A DNA stretch of 64,000 bases, taken from NCBI GenBank assembly GCA_918797485.1, contig CAKKNE010000003.1, positions 1,488,001 through 1,552,000 on the forward strand, in the 5' to 3' direction. The notes beneath the pieces were generated by a model that saw only the letters and a list, made by a program, of their open reading frames with translations, was not told the DNA's origin and made no database searches. Positions 20,520 to 32,200 of the stretch are shown in pieces. The position numbers were made by a program, and so were the translations under genes. Positions within the stretch are counted from its first letter, which is position 1. Every line of letters starts with the position of its first letter. Origin of the DNA: Pelagomonas calceolata (lineage: Eukaryota).

Positions 20520-21152
20520 CTACCATGAGTCGGGCAGCGCCGGCACGGAGCCGTCGACGTACGACGCCGCGAACATCGAGGCCGCGCCGATCATGGCCAG
20601 CCGGCCGTTGTTGAGCTCCATCTGGCGCTTGTTCGCCTTGACCTCCTCGGAGAGGCCGCCCATGAGGCCGACGGGGTCCCAGAGGCGCAGGCCGAAGGGG
20701 CCCGGGATCGAGCCGAGCTTGCCGCCCTTCATGTAGTGCGGCGACTGGAACTCGGAGGCCGTCTCGATCGCGCCGGCCGCGAGGAGGATCTGGAGCTTGC
20801 CCGCGTCGGGCACGTTCTCCCACGCCTGGACGCCCTTGCCGAGCGACGCAAAGGACACGCCCGAGGCGATGTCGCCGTCGAAGGTGATGCCCGCCTCGTT
20901 GATGATCCAGCCGACCGTGGCCGCCATGGCAACGCGCGAGTGCTTGATCTCGGCGGCGCGGAACCACGCGAGCGTCGCCGGCGTGCCGAGGTCCGCGAGG
21001 CCGGCGGGGTCCCAGCCGTCGGGGAAGGGGTTCGACGCGCCCTCCTTGAGGTCCGCGAGCGCCTGCCGGGGCGCGGCCTTCGGCGCCGGCGCCGACGGCG
21101 CCACGAGGCCCGCGGCGCCGCTGAGCGCGAGGGCGGCGATGAGCTTCTGCAT
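20520..21152 (-). CDS. Light-harvesting complex protein (fucoxanthin-chlorophyll a/c family)
   Basis: WDPAGLA, FRAAEIKHSRVAMAATVG, LWDPVGL, MELNNGRLAMIG; bipartite leader. Confidence 0.95.
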   Translation of the reverse strand: MQKLIAALALSGAAGLVAPSAPAPKAAPRQALADLKEGASNPFPDGWDPAGLADLGTPATLAWFRAAEIKHSRVAMAATVGWIINEAGITFDGDIASGVSFASLGKGVQAWENVPDAGKLQILLAAGAIETASEFQSPHYMKGGKLGSIPGPFGLRLWDPVGLMGGLSEEVKANKRQMELNNGRLAMIGAASMFAASYVDGSVPALPDSW

Positions 21153-22057
21153 CGTGACCTGTGTTTGACGGGGGAGGGTGAGGCGGGTGCGGCGCGGCGA
21201 CGTCGTGGCGAGTGGTTTTGGGGCGGCGTTCTCGGAGGTCTCGAGTCGGATGCGGGTGTGTCAAGAGCCGGCTCGGACCGTTTCGCGGCCCCAGCGCAGC
21301 CATGCGGCGGCACCGCGATGGAACACGGGCGCCGAGCCAGCCGGACGCGCCGTGCGCCAGCCGCGACCGCAGGCAGCTGGTCAGCTGGAGCAGGCTAAAA
21401 TCGGGCTGTGCGAATGCGCAAGAGCCGCGATTTTTGTGCACAGCTCGTGTCGAGTCACAACAGAAACCACTCGCAATTCGTTGTGTTAATTGGTTGAGGT
21501 ACCGACGCGGTAGAGTGCGATTAAACCCTCCGTGAACCGAGCCAAATCAAATCTAGTAGCTTCTTTCTTACTAGCTAATGACATATACATTACCGAGCGA
21601 TGCCAGCAACGTGGTTGACGTGGCAAGGGCTCGCCGCGGGTCGGGCAAGCCGCCGAACGCCGTCCAACTTAGTTAAAGGCCGACCGCGCGCGGTGGGCTG
21701 CCCCTCGAAAAGCGACGAAGGAGCCGTCGCCGCCGCCACCCCTACGCGACGCCTCCGCCGCGCCCCAAACCAACCTGCGGTATCTCGCGGCCGGCTCGCC
21801 GGTGCCGCAGGCATTTTTGGGCAGAGTGGCCTGCCAATTCGGCTGGCAAAAGTACGTCCGTTGCGGGCACCCCGGCGCGCGGCTTGCAGGAAGGAGTGCC
21901 CGGGACGCACCGAGTCGGAGAGGAACAGCGCTGCCCGCCGGCGGCGTCGCTCGGCCCACCTCTGCTGCCCACTTCCGCTGCCCCGTAGTCGCTCCGGCTG
22001 CTCGCCCGCCTCCGCTCGGCCCACTGCGGCCCCGGCGTGGCTTCCTCCGGCGGAGGC

Positions 22058-23527
22058 ATGGCCCACTTCGCCGCCGACACCAACACGAAGCCGGCCCGGC
22101 CGAACCCCTACCAGCGCCTGCGCTCGAACACGACGGAGTCGCCGTCCCACCGGAGTTTGAGGAGCGCCACGCCGGGCAACGAGTCGTCGACCTCCTTGGC
22201 CTCCGCGCTCTCGACGCACTCGAACCCGAAGTTCTCGTACAAAAAGGGCGAGAAGATCGGCAGCGGCGCCTTTGGGACCGTCTACCAGGGCCTCTGCGAG
22301 CAGACCGGATCCTTGGTCGCCATCAAGGAAACTACAGTAGCTTTGGGTGACAAGAACATCCCGAAATTAATCCAAGAGATCCAGCTCATGGCTCAGTTGT
22401 CCCACCCAAACATCGTCTTGTATCTGGGAGCGAAACATGACGAGGAACTCGGTGTCTTGCGGATCTACCAGGAGTGGGTGCCTGGGGGTTCTGTGGATGC
22501 TCTATTACGAAAGTACGGGCGACTGTCGGAAGTGATCGTCAAAAGGTATGCGTCGCATACCTTGGAGGCCCTGGACTATTTACATCGGAACAACATCATC
22601 CACCGCGACGTCAAGGGCGGCAACGTCCTCATCACGGACAAGGGCGACGTGAAATTGGCCGACTTCGGCACGAGCGTCATGATGGCGGGAGAAACGCAGG
22701 ACAACAACATCAAGGCGTTGTGCGGCACGCCCTACTTCATGGCGCCGGAGGTCATGACCGGCGAGACGTACGGGCGCAAGACCGACGTCTGGTCGCTTGG
22801 TGGGCTCTTGATCCAGATGGCGACGGGCGAGCCGCCCTGGAAGTGCTTGTCTTTCCAGGGCGTGCCCCAGTTGTTGTTGCACGTCGTCGCGGCGAAGAGT
22901 GCGCCGCCGCTCGATCATTATACCCATTTGTCGTCAGAATTGAGGGAGGCTATTTTGAGATGCTGCGACCCCGACCCCGACAAGCGGCCCTTCGCGCGCG
23001 ACGTGCTGGAATTGCCCTTCTTTCTGGATCGCGTCGACTCTCCACTCACGCCGGACACGCCAAATAGATTCTCGCAACAACCGGCGCCCTACGCTAGAAG
23101 GGTCCAGCCGCGGCCGTCCCAAAATCCGTACGCGCGCTCAAAATCTATCTTGGACCGCCTGGAAGCGGCGCCGGCGGAAGGATCTGTCTTGTTAAAGAGG
23201 AGGATTGAACGGCCGCAGCTTCTGGAAGCCGAAGAGGCGGAGTTTAACCAACTGGTCAACGGCCTCGACAGCGACGACGAGGAGTGCACGCCCAAATCGG
23301 ATGGCGAGTACACGACGACCTGGGAGTCCGAGGAACCTGTTGAACATTCACGCTTCCGGCCGACGATGCCGACGTCGCCGGAAGCTGTCGAAGAGGAGGA
23401 CGACGACGACGAGGAGATGACGATCGAAGACGCGCACATGCGCGGGTTCCTGACGGCCGCCGAGTACCAGAAGCGGCTCCACGCGGGGCACCACACGTTT
23501 ATCAGACGTAGTAATTCACAGACCTAG
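22058..23527 (+). CDS. STE-group MAP kinase kinase kinase (NPK1/STE11-like)
   Basis: KGEKIGSGAFGTVYQG, VAIKE, EWVPGGSV, HRDVKGGN, KLADFG, CGTPYFMAPE, DVWSLG...MATGEPPW. Confidence 0.9.
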   Translation: MAHFAADTNTKPARPNPYQRLRSNTTESPSHRSLRSATPGNESSTSLASALSTHSNPKFSYKKGEKIGSGAFGTVYQGLCEQTGSLVAIKETTVALGDKNIPKLIQEIQLMAQLSHPNIVLYLGAKHDEELGVLRIYQEWVPGGSVDALLRKYGRLSEVIVKRYASHTLEALDYLHRNNIIHRDVKGGNVLITDKGDVKLADFGTSVMMAGETQDNNIKALCGTPYFMAPEVMTGETYGRKTDVWSLGGLLIQMATGEPPWKCLSFQGVPQLLLHVVAAKSAPPLDHYTHLSSELREAILRCCDPDPDKRPFARDVLELPFFLDRVDSPLTPDTPNRFSQQPAPYARRVQPRPSQNPYARSKSILDRLEAAPAEGSVLLKRRIERPQLLEAEEAEFNQLVNGLDSDDEECTPKSDGEYTTTWESEEPVEHSRFRPTMPTSPEAVEEEDDDDEEMTIEDAHMRGFLTAAEYQKRLHAGHHTFIRRSNSQT

Positions 23528-24048
23528 TCACGTCTTACGTAGAACCCCTCCTCGCCGGGCTCGTACCACTCGGGCGCGAAGCCCGGCTTGTGGTTCGGCT
23601 TCGCTCGCGCCGGTTCCACGAGCTCCAAAGGCGCCTCGCCCTTGGCCACCTCGACCTCCGAGTTGCCCCGCGCCAGACCCCAGACCAGGTCGCGGTTCTC
23701 GAGGACGGGCTGCAGGAATTTGGCATGCGGCTCCAGGAGGTGACTCAGAGCTGTAAGGGCGCTTTCCGGCGGCGTCGCGAGGTCGTGGCCGATTTTCCCG
23801 ACGAACCACAACTTCGACGCGTCGCGGACGCCGCAGTAGACGTCCACGACGAAGGTGCCCCGTTCCCTTGCTTTCAATTCATCGAAGCGCTCGTGGGATT
23901 TCTCGAGAGCTTTCTTGGAGTACTCCTTCTTCGGGGGCGGCTTGGGCTTCGGCGCGCCGAAGCCGGCGCGCAGTTTTGTTTGTCGTCTCGTGGGTAATGG
24001 GTGCTGCAGCGCCGTTACTGTGGTGAATGCGAGGAGTGCGGTGTACAT
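23524..24048 (-). CDS. Hypothetical protein, probably plastid-targeted
   Basis: Signal-like MYTALLAFTTVTA followed by LRAGFG; compact 174-aa ORF. Confidence 0.65.
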   Translation of the reverse strand: MYTALLAFTTVTALQHPLPTRRQTKLRAGFGAPKPKPPPKKEYSKKALEKSHERFDELKARERGTFVVDVYCGVRDASKLWFVGKIGHDLATPPESALTALSHLLEPHAKFLQPVLENRDLVWGLARGNSEVEVAKGEAPLELVEPARAKPNHKPGFAPEWYEPGEEGFYVRRD

Positions 24049-24291
24049 GTTAACTGTTTGGCACCGCTGCGATGGCGTAATGAGGTTCTGCAGTGCTCAA
24101 GCGGCACCGCTGCGATTGCTTGATGAAGAGTGCTGCTGTAGGATGGATGCCTTTTGTGCAACGTTTGGCTGGCGAACCCCTACAGCGCTCGAACGGTAGA
24201 TCAAATGCGTGATCTGAGCTGGCTGGATCGCCCTGTAGCTAGATTACTCGCGAGTACTGCCTGCGTAGTAGTAGCTCTCCGTATGCTTGCT

Positions 24292-24316
24292 CTAGAGTGT
24301 CTTACATGCCGCTAGG
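24292..24316. promoter_or_regulatory. CTAG-bounded motif copy (CTAGAGTGTCTTACATGCCGCTAGG)
   Basis: ~245 bp upstream of the ATG at 24048. Confidence 0.5.
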
Positions 24317-24392
24317 TCGAGAGCCTGAGCCTGAGAGAATTCTCATTCTATAATATGCATCTTACACATAACAGGTTCCCCGGAAAACCCAA

Positions 24393-25691
24393 TCAAACGG
24401 AGAACTGGTTCGCGCGCCGCTGGGGCTGGTCGCGGGCGTACTTCTTCTGGACGGCGATGAGGAGCTCCGACGCGCCGACGCCGACGTCGCGGTACTTGGC
24501 GATCAAGGCGTCGACGTCCTGGACCTTGCTCGGGTTGTGTTCCCGGTAGAAGGCGATGATCTTGGCCCGTGCGGCCCGGTCATCATCCACATCATCATCA
24601 TCCACGTCATACGCCGACCGCGCCACGTCGACGCGCGCGCTCGAGCCGCGCGGCGTGCCGTACTGAAACGAACTGTTCGAGATGGCCGGCGAGGAATACC
24701 TTGACAAAGGCGGCGTCGGCGGCGGCGGCTCGGCGTAGCGCGGCGTCACGGCCGGCGGCGGCGGCTGTCCTAATAAAGACGCCTGGAGCTCGCGCGCGCG
24801 CTGCCTCAAGCTCAGGTCGTCGGGCGGGATCGCCCGGCAGCCCGCGGCTCGCAAGCCCCGCTCGAGCTGCGGCGTCGACAGCAGCTCGACGTCGCTCGCG
24901 AGAAACTCATCCAGAGCACTCTCGTCGCGCGACCGCGGCGGCGACGACGCTCTTACGAGAGCCTGGAGCGGCGCGCCGGCGCCGACGCGCGGCCGCGGCG
25001 ATTGCGAGTGATGGTGGTGGTGCGCCGGCGCCGCTTCCATAGGAGGAGGCGGCGCGCTCATGACGGCGACCTCGCGGCGCGCCGCGAGCGGCGTCGTCCG
25101 CGGCGACTGATAAGGGGGCGTCTCGGCCGCCTGGCGTGCAACGAAGGCGTCCCAGGACGCCTGCTCGGCGGGCGTCGGCTTGCGCTCGGCTGGCGGCGGC
25201 GACCGGCTCGGCTCGGCTGAGGGGCGTCGGCTCGGCGGCGCCTCGGAGAACTGGCGCGCCGGCGGTTGCCTCCGTTGCGGCGTCGGCGGCGTCTCTGCGG
25301 ACGAGCGCCGCCGCGGCGAGCGCGCCTTCTCGTCGCGGCGCGCCTTTGCTACCAACCTCCTCTCTCTCAGTGATAACTCCCAGTCGTCCAGCGACGGCTG
25401 GGGCCCGTCCTGCTTGCGCGGGTTCGCGACGGCCCTGAGTTGGTGCCTCCTTTTCGCATCGACCCAGAGCACGAGCTTCTCGCCCCGCCGCTCGATCTTC
25501 TGGAGGCCCTCGAGCAGGTCCATCGCCGCTCTAGGGGGCGCCGACGCCGGATCGGCGCCGGGGTCCACGTAGTAGAGTTTCGACTTGTGCGCCGTGAAGT
25601 ACTGCGTGCGCCACGTGCCGTCCGAGCCCTTCTTTTCCAGCAGGCCGCGGAGGCGCTTGAGCTGGAAGCCGGCGGTGGCTTGCGAGGCCAT
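24393..25691 (-). CDS. PH-domain protein with Pro-rich linker and C-terminal FYxxHNPxK helical domain
   Basis: LRGLLEKKG..WRTQYF..KLYY...LDDWELSL (PH-like); IIAFYREHNPSKVQDVDALIAKY. Confidence 0.7.
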   Translation of the reverse strand: MASQATAGFQLKRLRGLLEKKGSDGTWRTQYFTAHKSKLYYVDPGADPASAPPRAAMDLLEGLQKIERRGEKLVLWVDAKRRHQLRAVANPRKQDGPQPSLDDWELSLRERRLVAKARRDEKARSPRRRSSAETPPTPQRRQPPARQFSEAPPSRRPSAEPSRSPPPAERKPTPAEQASWDAFVARQAAETPPYQSPRTTPLAARREVAVMSAPPPPMEAAPAHHHHHSQSPRPRVGAGAPLQALVRASSPPRSRDESALDEFLASDVELLSTPQLERGLRAAGCRAIPPDDLSLRQRARELQASLLGQPPPPAVTPRYAEPPPPTPPLSRYSSPAISNSSFQYGTPRGSSARVDVARSAYDVDDDDVDDDRAARAKIIAFYREHNPSKVQDVDALIAKYRDVGVGASELLIAVQKKYARDQPQRRANQFSV

Positions 25692-26246
25692 GGTGTCGTT
25701 GTTTCGCGTTGATGGCGTGTCTGGCGGCGGTCAAAGCACTGCTTTGTCACGTGCGCGCGCGTAGCGTGGCAGCGTTGCTGTCGGCACCACGCCTGTTATC
25801 TCGCCGTGCGCGTCGATCTGCTTAGAAACCAACGTCGGTACCGGGAGCAATGATGGTTCGGGCCACAACGGCAGTGTACGGCCTAAATTTGAGCGGTCCT
25901 CCCCGAGCTACAGCAGCGCTTTTGTACGGTGTTTGCGCCGCAAAGACACTCTAGGTTGATTTCACGAGGGGACTCTTGCCCCTCCTCGTGGCTCCAGAGA
26001 AGTAGGCGCAGAACTCTCCAACAGGAAACGCACGCTTTCCTGCTTTTACGTGCGGGTTTTGCAGCACTCGGCTTTTTTCTTCTAAAACTTGGCCGCAGGG
26101 GCTGTTCGCGGCGCATAAAACTGCTCGTCGAGAGCTGTCTGTCGACAGCACATCGCTGCGCAAAGCGTTGCGCGCCTCGCGCTACATTTTAAAGCACAGC
26201 TCTCCCAGCTGGTGCTCTCTGAGGCAGACGGACCCGCACAGATAAA

Positions 26247-29200
26247 ATGTCGGTAAAAAAACTCCTCTACGGCGTGCTCCAGGACGCTTTAGGCGACTAC
26301 ATCGAGGGCCTCGCGCCCGAGTCGCTCAAGTTGGGGCTGTGGTCCGGTAAAATAGAACTGCAAAATCTACGCGTGAACACGAAGGCTGTCGATGAGTTGA
26401 GTCTGCCCGTGCGGATCGAGACTGGCACGGTCGGGAAGCTGTCGGTGGCCATTCCGTGGTCGTCGCTGGGCTCGACGCCAGTAAGGATCGCTATCGAAAA
26501 CGTCGACGTGACGCTCGCCTCACAGACGGACCCGGACCCTGACACGCTGCAGAAGGTCGTGGAGGACGCGTTGTCGGCGAAGTTGGAACGCGCCGACGCC
26601 GCGTGTCGACGCGCGCTCGAAGCGAAGACGGAAACAACCGAGACGGACCCGGGCTACATGCGTCGATTAGCAGCCAAGGTCGTGGACAACCTCGAGATTA
26701 GTATTACGAACGTCCGCGCGCGTATTACTGCTGCCGACTGCGCGTGCTCGCTGTGGTGTCAATCATTAAGCCTGCAGGCGTGCGACGCAAGTTGGACGCC
26801 ATGTTTCGTCGACCGCGGGTCTACCAAGGAATTGCTGAGAAATGCCGTCTCACTGCAAGGCTTCAGCGTGACCTTCAACAACGAGGACGTGTTAGCGCCC
26901 GTCTCGTCTACGCTCAAGTTGACGCGGAACCCCGGCTGCATCATTGGAGACACACCGCAGTACGACGTCGAGCTCTCCTTGAATGATGTGCGCACATCTA
27001 TAGAATCGAGGGCTTTGAGAGGGTCGACGAAATTGGTCGACGCGCTGACCCTCGCGGCGCGGCGCCAGAAATTACTCGATCAGCACCCCTACTACATCCT
27101 GGGGAGTCGCGCGAGACCCATCACCTCAAGTAACGCGCGCTGCTGGTGGCGCTACGCCGCTAGATTAGCTTGCCCGGCGCTCGACGCGAAAAAACGCGCG
27201 TCCGAGGCGCTGCTCGGCCTCGCGCGGTCCGCGAATGATAGAAGGACGTACCTCGATGCCTTACGGAATGAGGATCGGGCGACGATGCGACGGATTGAAA
27301 GAAAAGCGCCCTTCGAGGCGCTGCGCATGTGGCGCCGCGACGACGTCGTCGCCACGCTAGAACGGGAGCGGGCTGAAGCAAGGAAGGCCGAGACGCAGCA
27401 GCGGTCGTCCTGGTTCAGCTGGAGGCGGTCGTCCAAGAGTGAAGACGCCTTCGAGGACGACGGCAGCGACGAGGGGGACGTGACCACTGATGACATAGAA
27501 GCACTACTCGAGCGGGACGACGAGGGCGAATGTGCTACAGGAGGCGACTTTTTGAGGGTGCGCCTGTCCACGTCGCTCACCTGCACGGTGTCTCATGACA
27601 AGAACGACCTCGCATCCTTAAGCATGAGCGGGTCCATCAATGCCAAGGCCACGGCGGGCTTCGCGTCGGTCGACGCGACGGCTGATTTAACACAGTTCGT
27701 TTTGGGGGATACGACGGGCATGCTTTTGAAAAGCGGTGTCGCGAGCGGCGCGTGCATCACCAGACGGGGCGCGGCGCCTTTACGAGTTGTGTTCGCGAAA
27801 GTTGAGGATCGGACGTCGATCTCCGTCACGGGCGACTCCTACGACGTCGCCTACCACAAGCCCTGGCTCTCTCGCGTCGTGGAAGCGTTGACGTCCGACG
27901 CCACGGCGAAAGCAGCGAGAGCCGCGGCCGAGCAAGCTAGGCGCTACCGGTCCATCGTCGCTAAAGCAGCGGAAGGGGTGCTCCAGCGCCAGGGCGAGGC
28001 TTCATCCTTCGCCTGGGACCCGTCGAAACGCACGTTGATTATAACTGTAGACGTGGGCGCGCCGACCATACTCGTACCGATGCAGTGGGACCGCGACGCT
28101 GGGCTGCTCGTGATAGATACGGGTAGTGTCAATGTAGACGGCGGCGCGGCGGCCAATGGCCAGCGCTGGGACGTCGCCTTGATGGGCGCGACGGCGCGCG
28201 TCGGCGACCGCGACATCGTATTGTCGCCGCTGCGATTGGATATCAGGGTGGACTTGGCGAACGACGCGCCCCTCGACGCCTCGATCACGCTCTCGAAGTG
28301 TTCCTTGGGGATGGCGCCGGACGATATTAGGGACGTCCTGGGCGTCGTGGCGTCGCTGGGCAAGGCCGATGCCGTCGCCGTCGCTTCCGACGATGCTACT
28401 ACGGTGCCTCAACAACCGCAGGGCGTCGTGGGCCTCCGTTTACATGTGAGGGCGCCGCTCGTCGAGCTCGCGATCCTCGAGCCGGACCGGTCGAGGTGCA
28501 TGGTCCTCGCGATCACGGAACTCAAAGCATCCTTGGTGTCGGGCGGCAGCGGCCTTACGATAAACGCCCTGCTCGGCGGCATCAAACTCGCTCGATCAAA
28601 CGTGGCACTCATCGAGACGCGGGGCGACGCGCGCGCCGCCGACGCCATGCAGCTCGCTCGAACTGCTTTCGACGCGCTGCCGGCGCCGCCTTCTGACAAA
28701 GTGGACCGCACGGATTCGGTGCTCGCGGTGCGCTTCCGGTCCGTCCCCACGCCTTCGGACGACGCCTTCCATTCGGATATCGACGTCGAGTTCGCCACGT
28801 TACGTCTCGCCGTGGGCGCTATTGATTTAAAGCCGCTGGAGCCGTTCATGACAGCGGTGCGCGGTGGATTGGCGGGCTTCTCCGCTCCTGCGACGACAGT
28901 ACAACAACAACAAGTGGTGGAAGTCTCGACGAAGCGCCTGCGCGTCTCGTTGCGACTGGGCGAGCTCGCGTGCACGCTGCGCAACGACCAGGGGGATGTG
29001 GCGACGGCGGCGATCGTCGGACTAGGAGCATGTTACACAAAAAACGGCGACGCCCAGGCCACCTACGTGCGTCTGGCGAAAGTAGACGTGGCGGACACAC
29101 GCGATGCCACGTCTACAAACCATTTCCGGTCCATGGTCGTGCCCTGGATTTCATCAGATGATGCGCGAGGCGCGGCGCTCGACCGGCTCCTACAAGGATC

Positions 29201-32200
29201 GGCGGAGCTGCAGCTGCCCCCTTCCGATCTAATGCTTGCTGTCGATTATGGTGATGTGAGTGGCCGGAAGACCGTATCGCTGACAGCGAAGCCGATTACG
29301 GTGCAGTTACTCTTAGAACCGATCGGCGCCGCGATCGACGCGGCGTTGTCTACCATAAAACAAATTGTGGTCTTGGCCGTGGCCACACCTTCTGTTGATG
29401 ATGAGACACCCGTACACGTGCAAGAGGGGTCCATGAGTGTTCGAGTCGAGGTCCGGGCTTGTGAAGTGTTATTAGTCGAGGACGCGTCGTCACAAACGTC
29501 GCGCATGCTCTCCTTGAGGACCGGGGTCCTGTGTTCCTTGGATGGCAAGGACGACCAGAGCTTCTCAGAACAGCTTCTAAAGGTAAGTGTGAGGGATGTG
29601 GAGGCTGCTCTCATTGATGGTGTGGAGAAGAGTATATTGAAACCAACATCGTTACAACTTAACCTAGAGAAGCGCTTCGCGTCGTCCGAGTTATATGATT
29701 GGCGCTTGACTGGCGACGTCTCGCCCTTGAATCTGCGGTTGAGCTACCGGGACGTGTTAAGTGTTGCTTCTATAGCCAAAAAGGCGCCGTCCGCGGGGAG
29801 CACTGCCGTCGAGACCGAGGCAAAACCTCAGCCAAAGTCGAATCGCGTCGTCACGGCCTCGCTCAAATTCGACGTCTCAAGCATTAGCGTCGCGTTAGTG
29901 GACGACGCGAAGGGCCCAGCCGCGCCGCTCGTCGACCTCTCGCTCACGGACCTCTCCACGAATATCAACGGCCCGTCCACGGAGCTCGAAGGTCACGTGA
30001 CGACGACGCTGAAGGCGCGAGCCTTTGATTTGAGGAGTTTGAGGTTTGAACCTCTCATAGAACCCTACTCTATGACTTGTCACGTGAAAGCCAATGCAAC
30101 AGACAAGAGCTGGGACGTCACGACTTCATCGGAAGATGTCCTAGATGCCGTGTTATCCACGGCCTTCGCCGCACGTTTGATAAGGCTCCAGGGGAGTCTG
30201 CAAAAGGATTTGTCAATGAGCCGTACGATTCGGCAACGGGAGGCCTTCTCCCTAAGGAACGAGACCGGTCTGGTGTTAGATGTTAGAGCGGGCACGCGAG
30301 AGTGGACGCGCGTGGATGCAGGCGCTTCATTAGATCTGAGGAGTCCTACACAGATAGAATGCCGGTTGCCCGGCGGCCGCATTTTACCGGCGCTGCCGTG
30401 TAAGCGGCCCGCCGCCATGCACCTGGCGCACGGTTTAAGATGGTCCTGCGGCTTCGACGAGGACCAAGGGTTGATTGTTGGGACGCTTTCTCGCAGAGCG
30501 GCTGTGACGAACAAAACTCTCGAAACGTTCGACGTCGCATCAAGTGTCGAGGGCTATGGGGATTTCGAAGTTGTGTCGGTGAAGCCGGCCTCCCCAACTC
30601 AAGCGGGGCGCGGCGAAGGACACGCGACGCCCCTGCCTCCGTCGTTGTCCGGTGGTGCTTTACGATTGCGCCACGGAGACAAGTGGGGCCGCCCCCACGT
30701 ATCTGGAGACGGCAAGGTCGCCGTCAATTTCGACAATGCTTGTGTCGTAGCTCATTCTAAACAAGACGGGGGCGAGCCTTCTATTGTTCTCCACGCGCCG
30801 GTGGTGGTGGAGAACCGGTTGCCGTGCGGCGTTCTGGTGAGGATCCAGGCGAAAGCTAGAGAGGGGCGCTGCCGCGTCGAGCCGGGACGACGGTCTTCTT
30901 GTTGCGCCATCGACGTCCAGGAGGGCTGCTGGCTTGCATTAAGGGTCGGCAACCTGCGGGGTCGACTCAGGAAGCGCCTAGTACCGCAGGACCTGCCGAA
31001 CCACGCGCGCATGACGGCGACGGAAGCGAAGGGTCTCTACGAAGTGGCCTTGTCCGAAAATAGTGAAGATGTGTTGGCCGTGGCGATCCGGGCCGAGCGG
31101 CGCCACCGAGGTCTAGGTTTATTCGTAGTGATCGAGGCGCCGCTCTGGGTCGTGGACCGAACTGGATTACATTTAGATCTGGCGGCGGCGCCGGGCGGGT
31201 CCCTACTACCACCTGGCTTAGCCCGGAAGGCGTCCGAAGTTAGAAGAGCACTCCTGTCGTCTTCATCGTCAAAGCAGAGTTCTATCGGCGACGGCGAGAG
31301 AATTGTGGAGACCGCCTCGTCGAATTTGGTCAAGATCGTCACGGTGGCGAGCGCGCGAAGGCATTACCTCGCGAACCCGGCCAAGAGGGGCGATCGCTTG
31401 TATGCGGACGCCGACGCGTACGTCTTCGTAGCCTTACCTCCACCGTTGACGACGTGCCAGCGGTTGATCACGCACGACGCCCACAAGGCCATTGGGAGTC
31501 AGGCGTCGCAGTTATTTGGCCATGCTGCTAGATCTGTGGGAGAAAACACGGCCTCGTTTTTACTTGGGGATGAAGACAAACAGCGCTTTCTACATTTGGA
31601 GGCTGGTAGTCAGGGATTGGACCTGTATGTGGCGACCGACTCCCGAATCAACCGGCCGCCTTCTTGGGTCGTGGACCACTTCGAGAGGTGCCCGGAGCCG
31701 ATCGTAGCCGAGAAAAGGCGAGGCGCATTGGATTTTGGTGGTATTGACCAACGCAAATATGATGTGTGGGTGCGTCGTTTGGTCAAAGACGAAACCATAG
31801 ACCTAGGCCCGAACGAGCAGAAGACTCATTACCTCGTTTTTCTTGGAGAAGGTACGGCGTCCTCCTCATCAACACCAGATACGGTGATACTGGGCGACTG
31901 GGTTATGAATTGGCCGGGCTACGCCTGGGCCGATCCCCTCATTACGGGGAGAAGGTTGCTCGCGGCTAGAGACAATTCGTTGGCCGTCGGGTGCCGAGGG
32001 GCTTGGAGTTCGAGATATTCAGTGGGCGCGTCGGAGTTTCCCATCTTGTTGGATTGTAGGGATGGGAGACGGTTAGATTTAGAAGTCAGATCGCATGCTC
32101 TAGGTGGGGCCTTCGGACGAGGTGGTGGTCGTTCGGTCGAGGTCGCGCCGAGGTTAGCTCTGAGGAATGTGGATGACAAAGTGCAAATATTAGTAAGACG

